This document shows positions 35,607 through 46,591 of a stretch of 64,000 bases of DNA, in pieces. Source of the stretch: Lepidodermella squamata. Its lineage: Eukaryota; Animalia; Gastrotricha. Position numbers and translations under genes: made by a program. The notes under the pieces are model-generated. The model was not told the DNA's origin. It searched no databases and saw only the letters and a program-made list of their open reading frames with translations. Within the stretch, counting starts at the first letter, position 1. Every line of letters begins with the position of its first letter. The DNA lies in contig JBLDXI010000042.1 of the NCBI GenBank assembly GCA_047495785.1, positions 1,488,001 to 1,552,000 of the forward strand, read 5' to 3'.

Positions 35607-38600
35607 TTAATAGCCTGTTGAAAATAAAATGAAATTTTTTGATGATACATCATTTTGATCGAGGCTTACCAGAAAAAGCAGCACAGTACAACTGGAGGAT
35701 ATTCAGCTTGTTATCAAACAGGGTATTGTTAACGATACTAAGACAGCCGATAGAGCCATTCAAATTTGAAGAAGCGCCACTGAATACAAGTTCAAAACAA
35801 AGCTTAGCGAATTATAGAACAATCAAAGCATTTTTATTGACTGAAATGCGGCTTAACGATCCATGGAGCCAAATATGCATGACGAGACGTTGAACTTGAA
35901 CGTTATTCCGCTTCTAACGAAGGCTTCACTAACTTATACAATGAAATGTCCAATATTTCCGGCCCTCATCCTGACTGTTCCACGCGACCGAGGAACGAAC
36001 TGAGATTATAACAAGGAATTCTGGGATCGGAGGAAAACGCCGTTTTGATAGAAAGATTCCTCTCGGTCATATCTTTTAAATTACACCTTGAGTTCGGAAA
36101 ACTAATGTCGCAATCGCGAGCTAATGTAAACAAAATATTTTTAAAATTCTAAAATTTTTATAATTTTAAATATTAAATTTGTTTTCAAATACAAATTTAA
36201 TTTGCAGTGAAAAACATGCAGGAAAACGCGAAATTTGAATTTCTCGTCGTTCACTTTTCTGGAGGGGGGGGGGGGGGGGGTCTGCAAATAAGCGAAAATA
36301 TACGACACACCTGTATATATCCCCGCTCACTAATACAACCCGACGAAAAAATCGTTAGTTCATAATTAACCCAGGCCTCGAAATTGTCACACAGCTACTT
36401 TAATTTTGCCGTAGCACGCGTTGAAAATAATTGAAAGCCTTAATAGTGAAGCATGATCGCAATCAATGTGGAGCTATCGCAATCAATCTTATGATGAAGA
36501 AAGTGAACCTACATTTTTTCAATTGATAAATGATTTTGTTAGTAGACCAAACTTTTTAAATTCAGAAGTTTGTTAAATTTTGAATTTTTCACAGAATCGA
36601 CAAATAAAATAATCTAAAAACGTCGTCTTAATATAAATCGCAAGCGGCTTTTTGTGATGATTCGCAATTAAACAGCACACCCGTATATATCCCCGCTCCC
36701 TAATACAACCCGAATAAAAAATTATTTGTTCATAGATATAGCCCGTGGAAAATTTTTCGGAAATACGGAAATTTCGGAAATTCGGAAATTTTTCGGAAAT
36801 ACGGTAGATGTAGAAGATCCTTTGGTGACCGTTGGTGACCGAATATTGACAAGGCTTGGATTTCTAGTTTCTGAGGCATGGTAATTAACGTTTAGACCTA
36901 ACTCTTCGGCAAATCCGCCCTAATGCCCATTTCACACCAAATGATAGTAAACTGTGAAATGTCTATTTCAACCACTAAATTATTTGTAGTCCGAGAAGGA
37001 TGAGGATTTTCGGGGAAGGACAGGAACGGGATATAAATGATTCACGAATGATAAAGCACACACATACTGTATTCGCGAAAAGCTCAAAAATGACCATTTT
37101 TTATTACGCACTAATTACGCGAGCTTGATAACCCCTTGATGGACAATCGACCACCAGTTACAGGGCAGTGATTTGATTGGCTTAGTTGTCTCAGCCAATC
37201 AGCGGCGCCTCGCAGCGGCATCCACTTTTAGCTCAAGTAAATTGTCATCCTGCTAGGAAATGAGCATGAAATGACCAACTCTTACTTCTCGCAGGTGCCT
37301 GGTGCCCAAGGCCGCTTTTCAAATCAACAAAAAGATTTACAATTACGTAATCTCCACGAGCGATTTTCTTTCACGAGGGATTTTTTTCGCGTGCAATTAA
37401 TTTTTGCGAGGGATAAATTTTCGCGAATCTTGAATTCGCGAGCAGAGGTCGTCGCGAAATTTCGCGAAAACAAAATGACCGCGAAAATGTGTACGTATAC
37501 AGTAAATATTTTTACCTGCCAAGTCGGAAAGATGATGTAGATGTGTTGGGAGACACACCATTGAGGAATGCCCCGCTTGCGTCGCAAAAGATTTTCATTT
37601 GATATGGAGGAGCGCTTTGGAGATAGTAGAAATGCGGTGATCCATCTGGTTGTCGGCAAGTTGTTGAAAACGAAGGACCATTCGGACCGATCGAGCAAGT
37701 GAATGTTGTCTCGTTGCTCATGAAGAGGCTCAGCCCGGTAGTTGTAAGCCCAGGGTCAGAAAACTCAAGTAAAGGAGCCGGGAAACTGAGAGGCTTCGCG
37801 TAAAAGCTGATCGTGAAAGACCCTCCGCCGATATCCAACTTGCTGGCCGTCATTCGAATCTGGTTTCCGCTGTTAAGATTGACGCCTTTATCAGCGACGC
37901 CGAACACGCTTTCCCCAGGTAAGAACGGCGACTGGCTGGTGACTGAAGCTGCAGGAGCGATGATGTCGTCAAAGTTTGTTGCAAGAGGGAAGTACGCGAT
38001 ATGTCCAGAGATTGCGTTGCCTACGTCGCTTGGAACAATCGGCTTTCCAGCGTGTAGTTGGTAACATAGTCTCCGTATCGAACGAATACGTTTAGCCGAG
38101 ATGGCCGCTTTATGGAAAGACAAGCACGAAAAATAGGTGTCAACACCTACTGGGCGGTCCTTGAGGACCTTGAGTGACGTGATCGTAGCTGTCGGTGCTA
38201 CTACAGCAGACGGACTGCTAATGATTTCGTCGCAGAACACGTATTGTGAGCCGGTTGATTTTTCGTACGTCACGCCAATGTGGCGCATTAATCCATATAG
38301 ACACTGAACTGTAGTTTGAGTACCTGAGAATAAATCAAAAGATAAGCTATTTTTTCCGCGAAAGCATAGCTCAACTTGCCATCAGCTCTCTTAACAACGA
38401 CTTTAGAGTTTGAACTATCAAATGCGAGAGTAAGTTGGGTGTTTCCAGCTTCATCAAGCATCGCAACTATGGGGATGAAGTTATACGAAGATAGGAAAGC
38501 TACGAAAGCCGCAATAGTGAAGTCTGTTGATAAGCCAAAGGCTGTGGTGGGGATATCGAGACTTGCACCTGCAGGCGAGTAGATTCCCGTCTTTCCCGGT

Positions 38601-41600
38601 AAGTCATATGGGCCACTAGTCCAGTAAACGTCTCCGATAGCATTAGCGGTAATCGAATCGGGGCCATTGTCGTTCAGATTACCATTCAGCGGCCAGATTC
38701 CAGCAGGAAGAGGAAGCCCCGGAACGGCAACTGTTGATTTCAATGTTATATTAAAAAAGTAGGAGTACGTAAGTATACGTATGTAATAACCATGACAATT
38801 TTGTTTATTATGACTGACAATTAGTTGACTTTTGTGGCAATTTTCATTGAATTTTTCATTATTTTCCATTATTTTGTCAACATTTTAGGTTATGCATATG
38901 CTGCTCAAGCAAGCACTTCAAAATCAAAAAGCATCGGCAAGCAAATTTAGGTAAGAATCGCTCTGATTCCCCACCATTTTCTGAGTAATGATTGCTTCTG
39001 CTGGAAAAAGTAGGGATAGCCAGTCCTTTATTTTCCAGAAAATCAGATTTTCTGCTGAACATTTGCCACTGAATTTAATTTTTGGTTAATATAATAATAA
39101 AGGATTATTCTATCGCTAAAATAAATTGCACAGTCTTAATCCTGTAAATCGTAGCCAAAACGTAAAGTGTCACCTGTGCGCGCACTATGTAAACAAACCC
39201 TGCGAATTGTAACCACAAACGTGAAACTGTAGTCAGGTGCGTTAAAATGGGACCCTAATTCAATAATTCGCGCGATAGCCCTATTTCGTCGAGTCCGTAC
39301 CCATTTGAATAGCCCGCTGCATTTCCAGACTACAAAACTTAGGCCACCCTTATTCTATAGCTAGCAGGTAGAGAAATGAAATTTCCCCCTTATCTGAAAC
39401 CCCGAGCGAGTTTGGCGCAGCCAAACGAGTCGAGTCAATAAGTGACTTTGATTTGATTTGATTTGATTTCTTCAGTAAATCACAGGTCTTTGTAAATCAA
39501 TCATTTCAAATCAAATCATCAGGCCAGTTTAAATCAAATCAAATCAAATCTTTCGCATAGGGAAACATGAGCATCATGGTATATTTCTGAGGATTCTTTC
39601 ATATTTTAAGCTTGGTTTTGACGGAATGAGTCTATAAAATAGCTCCAGGCTTTTGAAAACAAGTGTTTTCAAGGCAAATGTGAGTTCTCATGCTTAACAG
39701 GTGGAATTCCGATATTTCTGATAACTTCTCCAAATCAGCAGTAAATCAAGTGGGCTAAATTGAAATCAAATCAAATCATCCTGAAATTTTGTAAATTAAA
39801 TCATCAAAAAATCAAATCATCAAAAAATGGCCTAAATCAAATCAAATCAAATTAATGCCGAAAAATGATAATAAGTAGGGAAAAAATTGAAAATACAACG
39901 ATTATCGGTCATCGATGTATCGTTTTGGGAAATAATTATTTTGGGAATCATTTTTTTATTTTGAAGCGGTGGATTTTAAGAGCAATTTCTCTTGAGGTTA
40001 ACCTAATTGCCAATTGGGGCGGATTGCTCATAATGGTACGACATGTATTATTCAAAAAAATTTGAGCTCATTTCCCTTAATTCACTGAAAAATTTAGAAC
40101 TCACTCGTTTCACATTGCAGAGATGTTGGGTAAAGCTTAATCGGCTAGAGAAGAAAATTATTAAACAAGCAACACGCTATGTATACCTGGCATTAAGCTG
40201 ACTCACCTGCCACGGGGAAGCACACGGTTCATCTTTAGCCACGCATTTGTAACTCAAGCCAGAGCTGTCATAGCATAGTGTTCGCTGCGAAAAATCATAG
40301 TAACAAATGTTAGCGACAGACGACAGATCATCCCTGTAACAAACCTGAAGACTTGCCACCAGGCAGTCAGCGTAATTGTCAGCAAAACTTGCTTTCGAAG
40401 AATAAGAACTCGACTAAAAAGTGAATATTATATTATATTATTTCATACTATTTTATATATAGTAAAAGGCTCTATGGTATTTTCCTTCTCATTTGCTACC
40501 ATGAACTCAGTTTTCGGTACATTAATTTTCAGACCTAAAATTTGGCAGGCTTCAACAAAGATATGTCATCATCATCATCATCATTTGGTTTTATTTATCG
40601 TCGTTTTGCGTTGGTGAGGCATACAATAAAGTTTTAACGACGGCGAGAGCGAGAAGTCAAGTAGATTCCGTTCCCCGCGACCTGAAGGCCAAAAGTTCCC
40701 GAATGAAGGCCCTCCAGTTAGACCGATCACAAGCTGTCTCCTCAATTTTGTCCCAATTTAGACATTTTTCATTATAGACGCTTACAAAATTTTTGTAATT
40801 TTCAAGATTTTTTGCTTGCAATAAGCTTTGAGTGTTACAATAATCCCATCCTACCCTGGGCCTGCCTAACTTCCTTTGCCAGCCCTTGGGTGGGGTCCAT
40901 AAGTACGTTTGCTTGACTAGGTTATCGTCATTCATTCTAAGAGTATGTCCTAAGAAACGTAGTCGGTTATGTTCTATTTGAGCTGAGATAGGTTCTATAC
41001 CTTCACAGGTTTTTCTTATGTCAGCATTTCTGATTTTATCCATAATTGTGACGTTGGCTATAGCCCTGAGCCACCTCATCTGCACAACATCCAGCCTCGG
41101 TTGGTGAGCTGCGGTTGCATTCCAACTTTCAGAAGCGTAGAGGAGTGTCGGAGTCATTACAGCTCGCTTGACCTTCATTTTTGAAGGGATACTGACTTGC
41201 GATTTATTATTTATGAATTTGTTTAATGCCCCGAAACAAGACCCGGCCTTTTGCATCCTCTCTTCTATTTCCAGAGTGCAAGTGCCGTCAGAGCTAATTA
41301 TGCTTCCTAGATATTTAAAGGTATCTATTCTTTCCAGATTCTCCCCGTTTATTTTTAACGTGGAATCGTCAGGATTTTCGGGCGGTTTATCCGTTTCTTC
41401 GTTTTTAACCACCATATACTTGGTTTTGGCGACGTTAATTTTCAGTCCCAACTCTGTACAATTTTCCTCAAAAATTTGTAATAAATTAGCTATCTCTTTT
41501 TTGCTAGTTCCTATTAGCGTTCCGTCGTCAGCGAATGCTAGACTATTTAACCGTTCTTTTCCTAGAGGAAAACCGCCATTTGCTATTGCTACTTGTTCGC

Positions 41601-43637
41601 ATATAAGGTTGAAAGTTATAATGAATAAAAGCGGGGATAGTGGGCAGCCTTGTCTGAGCCCCCGTCTTACGTAGAAAAAGGGTGATATTTGGTTTTCGAT
41701 TTTTACTGCTACCTTATTGCTATGGTAGAAACTTTTTACTGCTTCTATCAGATCAGTCGGGATTTCGAATTTTTTCAGTGCGTCCCAGACTTTATCTCTA
41801 TTTACGAGATCGTACGCTTTTTCCAGGTCTAAGAACACCAGGTGTAGCTCTCGATTATACTCAAGGGTTTTTTCTATAATTTGCCTAAGAATAAAAATAC
41901 AGTCTCGTGTCCCTTTGCCTTTTTGGAAGCCAAATTGACGAAGTGACAATTTTCCTACCAAAAGGTCGCGTAATTTTCGCTCAAGAATTACAGCGTATAA
42001 TTTACCTACAACGCTTAGTAGACTAATGCCGCGGTACAGCAAAGATATGTATTAAGTGCTATTACGGTATTTGGTCTTTGGTCTTGGTTTAAAGACCTGG
42101 TTGCGGTCTTGTCGGTCTGGGTCTTGGTCTTGCTAAGACCGGAAAAAAATTGACAGACCGATAATCTGCGATCAATCAAGCAGGATTAAGGTTAAACTAG
42201 TTGTTGAACAAAGTAGCTTAGACCTGAATATCCTACACTCATCGCACCTATTACAGCCTCGTGAATTTGAAAAAAATTTCCCATGATATCCCACGAATAT
42301 TGCAATTGCTCTGGCAGAGAACCAGCCCATTTTATCAGTTATACTCATCTTTAATGCATTTGCTTTTTCAAGCGCAAAAACAGTATCAAGACGCGAACGC
42401 CTCGTAGATTAACTTACAAGCGTGAAGCTCGGTGACGGGCAATTGTTTCGGCAAACAAGACCAGTCGATGAAGAGCAAAGCGCTGCCGGCTGATCAGAAA
42501 AAGCAGAGTAAAAAAAATGTTTCGCATTTTGTTGAAAACTAACCCCTCTAGTGCAATGATCTTTGTCGATATAGGAACCAGCGCTGAACGTCTGAAATAA
42601 CAAAAAGCTCTGAGAGGAACGAAAAATGACGTAATAGTATTACATTAGTCTGGTAGGTTGAATTACAAGCTGTTGATTGGCAGCCATAGAATGACCGATC
42701 ACTCGTAGAAAAGCAGCGGTACTGAGTCTTGAAGTTGTCAGCATTTCGAACAACTACAGAAATAAAAGCGGCTTGAAACGTGGATTAAACAGCATGATTA
42801 CGCACCGTTCAGCTCCGAGTAGCATTTCTCAATGGTGGCAATAGTTCGAATAAAAGTCTGTTAAAAAATCCACAATACAAAGGTTACGAAACAAATTTCA
42901 ATCTAGGCCAAGAAATTGGCAAAGCATCAAGTCGTTCAATTTCCCGACCAGGCGGGATTAATGATGAGACGACGCGAACATTTTATTTCTCAATTAATAT
43001 TAACTCACATGATTGGGCGGGCAGGCGGCGTTGTATGCAACACATACACGTTGGCCGCTTTTTTCGCACAGGTTGGCCGGGCGGGTCTGCGTGGAGTCGA
43101 AATTCAACAATTTAGAATGACAATAAAAAGCTAAAACAAACTAGGAATTTTTTAATATCGCTGCGGCATTCGTCGTATTTTGTTGAGAAGGTGTTGCCGA
43201 TGAACTCGTTTACCTGGGCAGCATGATTGAGCAAAGTCGAATAATTTATTTGAAAAACTCACTAGGACTTCATCCGAGGAACAGCCAGCGTTTCTAGGAA
43301 TGCATCGCATGCTTAACTGCTTGTAGTTGTAACAGCTTCGAGCCGACTGAAAAATGGGAATAAATCTCAGGGATTAAAGAGAAAAATAAAAAATTACCCC
43401 AGCTATGCATGACGCATAACTAGTTAGAGCAGTTCCGATCTGAAGAATCAATCATAAATCGAAAATACGATAACAGAATTTTCAAATAATTACCCAAACT
43501 TCATCGAGGTATGAGCAATCGCTTTTACAGCCAGCGAATGAATCATTAAGGCGAGAGAAGCATCGTTTAAATGATCCTTGAGCTCCGCACAGATTGACCA
43601 GTGAAAAGAACAGTAAAAGGCCAAGCAGAGTTGACAT
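35607..43637 (-). CDS. Secreted micro-exon Cys-rich repeat protein with two LamG/ConA-like domains (family member B)
   Basis: ATG 43637 MSTLLGLLLFFSLVNLCGAQGSFKRCFSRLNDSFAGCKSDC. About 12 short exons to ~40105, then exons ~38380-38730 (GIWPLNGNLND), 37516-38323 (IAYFPL..SFTISFYAKP), ~35670-35779 and 35607-35614. Confidence 0.8.
36303..36745. repeat. Two ~70-bp direct repeats next to a poly-G run and a (ttcggaaa)n tract
   Basis: cacacc(t/c)gtatatatccccgctc(a/c)ctaatacaacccga at ~36306 and ~36676; poly-G ~36263-36280; cggaaat repeats at 36757-36803. Confidence 0.6.
37067..37502. mobile_element. Probable TA-flanked MITE in an intron of gene B
   Basis: ta-ctgtat...atacag-ta ends and repeated (t/c)cgcgaaa subterminal motifs; the TIR is short, so support is weak. 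Confidence 0.45.
39446..39852. repeat. (AAATC)n-rich repeat in both orientations
   Basis: gatttgatttgattt at ~39450 and several aaatcaaatc arrays up to ~39850. Confidence 0.7.
40567..42039 (-). mobile_element. 5'-truncated RTE-like LINE with open RT frame, in an intron of gene B
   Basis: YRGISLLSVVGK, QFGFQKGKGT, FLDLEKAYD, GLRQGCPLSPLLF, LAFADD; (TGA)n 3' tail; 11-bp TSD caaagatatgt at 40556-40566 and 42040-42050. Confidence 0.92.
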
Positions 43638-44039
43638 GACTAGCGATTTATTAGATTAGAAAATATCAAGTTTAATCGAAAGCAAAATTTGAACGAATGA
43701 CGAATGAAAAAAATAACCGTTGACCTGAAATGATCGCGTGGCGGCTAGTTTCGTTGGATGACGCGTGCTATTATTATCCTCTTTCCACGTAAACAACAAG
43801 CTAACGCTATTTGTAGAAAAAATACGCTATCGTATTTGGCACGCGATATTTCATGCGATTTATTCAGCAAAGTAGGCGATTGCTTTTATTAAAAGTAATA
43901 AAAAGCTGTCTGAAACTCGCGATAATTTTCTGCTTCTGGTATAGTTTATTTATTTATTATTTATTACATCTTAAAAATGTTATTTTACAAAAATTGTAAT
44001 TAAAAGTTCGCCAAAGTCGCCAACGGGTAAAAATTCTTT

Positions 44040-44250
44040 ATCCTCAGTGAGCCGGTCATAAAATGAGTGATGAGCTAAAGGGATGATACTGCTTTTGCAA
44101 AGATCAATCAAGTCCTTCTTCTTTGCTGGCAATTTAGCTTGATACTTCGGTTGGAGCTGATAATCAATTGGCGCTTCATTTATTTATTTAAGAGCTATAA
44201 CACCCAAGAGGGGAAGCCAACGTTCACATAGCGCAGCGACATGAATCAGG
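44040..44250 (-). mobile_element. Relic of a Sola1-like transposase C-terminus
   Basis: YQLQPKYQAKLPAKKKDLIDLLQK resembles FQLVQKYEKRLPIDSSLKKDLIEMVNK of the ORF at 62430. Confidence 0.5.
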
Positions 44251-44926
44251 CCATTTAATAATTGGAAGGCCCTGAAACAGGTACGCTCAGCAAAGAGACG
44301 AGGGATAATGATAGAAAAAGACCCAAGTCGACGAGTGGAATTAGGATCAAAATCACCGTCCGCGGCAAAATATTCGTTCGATAGTAGATGAGAATGCACG
44401 CATTCCGGTTGATCGCTATCGCTAAATGAGCCTCAAATCCACCCGCCCGTTGAGGCACCCGCATGTAATTCGGAGGCTCAGGCGGCGGTATTTCAAGCTC
44501 CATTGCCGGGCCATTACGAATTACGAACTTACTGAAATCGATGCTCGTGACCGAAGATCTGATGGGCAAGCGCTCCATAACATAAGTCACCAGGAGAATT
44601 ACATGCATTAATATTTAATGGTAGAAATCACCAGCATCAATCGGTTTTAAATAGATAAATAAATAAATTATGATTGATGAAAAAAGTATTCATTAATTGT
44701 TGATCTGTTCCATTTGTGCCAATTTCACAGCTAATAATTACTCACCGATAAGCTCCAACAGATAAGTACACAGTGTTACTTGCTAATTTTGTATTATATG
44801 ATATATGATTGCTCAGACCGAACTGGCAGTTCCTAAACCCAATAATGCCAAACAGATAACTTGATTCCTAACAGTTGTTCAAATTACGACCAGCTGTTAG
44901 AATTTGCGGATTTAATTTCCTAATGC

Positions 44927-45580
44927 TTTTGGACGAGGAACAGCGCGAATATTTCCAACAGCAAACCGATAACCGATCTAGCTGTGGATTACATGAAAAA
45001 TCAAAACAACGCCGCTGCGTTACAGATTTTCGACTATTTGATCAACGCCGATTTCTACCCGTACCCGTCGTACTTCGCCAATGCCTCGGGCTGTACGGAT
45101 TACTTCAACTTCTTGCTGTGTAGACAAGCCCCGCCAGAATTCAACTACTACGTCCCGTTTTTGCAGCTCAACTCAACTCGAAAGGCTATTCATGTAGGCA
45201 ATCAACCCTATGCGGATCAATCCTCGGTTGTCGAGAAGCATTTGATCAGTGGCGATATCATGAATTCAGTCCGAGATCGGGTTGAGTACCTTTTGACCCA
45301 GACCAGCATTCCTATCCTGTACTACTCCGGTAATTTGGACCTGATTGTCCCAACAATGGGTACTGACAACTTTTTGCGGTCGTTGAACTGGCCGTTTTCT
45401 GAGAATTGGCTTCATGCGAATCGAACAATCTGGGCTGATGCTGATAACGAGGCGTTTGCTTACTCGACCACTGTTCAAACGCTGTCCTTCGCCATCATCC
45501 GCAATGCTGGCCACATGGTGCCGTACGACCAGCCGGAGAGTGCTTACCTCATGGTTCGCAAATTTATCAGCGGAATTTAA
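44927..45580 (+). pseudogene. 5'-truncated duplicate of the S10 carboxypeptidase
   Basis: Near-identical to ~31867-32513. It lacks the signal peptide and the catalytic Ser motif, and has a short ccgataaccgat duplication. 3'UTR similarity runs to ~45690. Confidence 0.88.
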
Positions 45581-46211
45581 ATATTACTGATTAGAAGGAC
45601 ATTTTTCGTGTTTGATTTAATTGGAAATTAATGTGCTGGAATAAATTGTATAATTTGAATGCGGCTTTAATCTTAAAGTGTGTAATTTCTTTCGATGAAA
45701 ACAATGTCAAATATTTTGTAATTGTAATACAAAAGTCAGTTAAGGACCTCAAGGTGGCCGATCACCCGGCAAAAACTGAGAGCGTAGTCATTTGTCTGAA
45801 ATTTGAAAAACCTATCTATACCCTGTAGCTCTGACCCATTTTCGCACCCATATTCCACCTGGTATGGTATATTCGATTTAACACTAAGCAACACTAATCG
45901 ATAGAACGCGTTGATTTTAGGTATTTAGAAAATTAGGATTTTAGTTACAAACTGTGGAAATGTTAGTTTTGGTCGCTGGCGAATTTCGAGATGCGGTCTC
46001 CAGCTTATCGACCAACACGAAGTTTTATCTCACAATCGGTCTATATATCAGAACGCTGATTCAGAGCTAATTTATTTCCTTTTTGTTATTGCAAAATTGT
46101 CAATTGAATAAGTTAATTCAGATGTTCAAGTTGTGCTAATTCCATCATAGAGATTAACTTGGCATGAAAATGGAATATGGAATCAACCTGACTTCGGTAT
46201 CTAGAAATGAG

Positions 46212-46373
46212 CAGGGTGTGAAGTACAAGGGTGCGGGGTGTCGCGACACCCCACCTCCGGGACCTCAACCAGAGGAAGGCTGAAAAACCACAGGGGGACC
46301 CGTTAGTTCTTCGGCTGGGTCCTAGAAAACAAGTAGAAAACACCTCAGCTCCCGGATCCTACTTCGCACACTG
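46212..46373 (+). mobile_element. hAT-like MITE
   Basis: TIRs cagggtgtgaagta / tacttcgcacactg; degenerate 8-bp TSD gaaatgag / gaaatgtc. Confidence 0.75.
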
Positions 46374-46591
46374 GAAATGTCCTGAAACATTTTATTTCGG
46401 CTGCTATAATCCAAAACACATAGCATAGACAGTAGCCACATGGTGCCGATTTCAGCAATTATTTCTGCCTTTGATTAGGGCAAACATTTACGTTTGACGA
46501 CGATTGCTCATTATACCGGGAATATATTTCTACCACTCCCGTATTTTCTGTATTTAACAGCCGTCTTCACTTCTGTTTCCATCGTTCGACC

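Noticed and set aside
44255-44608. 117-aa minus-strand ORF as a host gene
   Set aside because: It is adjacent to a transposase relic and bounded by (TTTA)/(TAAA) tracts; probably part of the decayed element.
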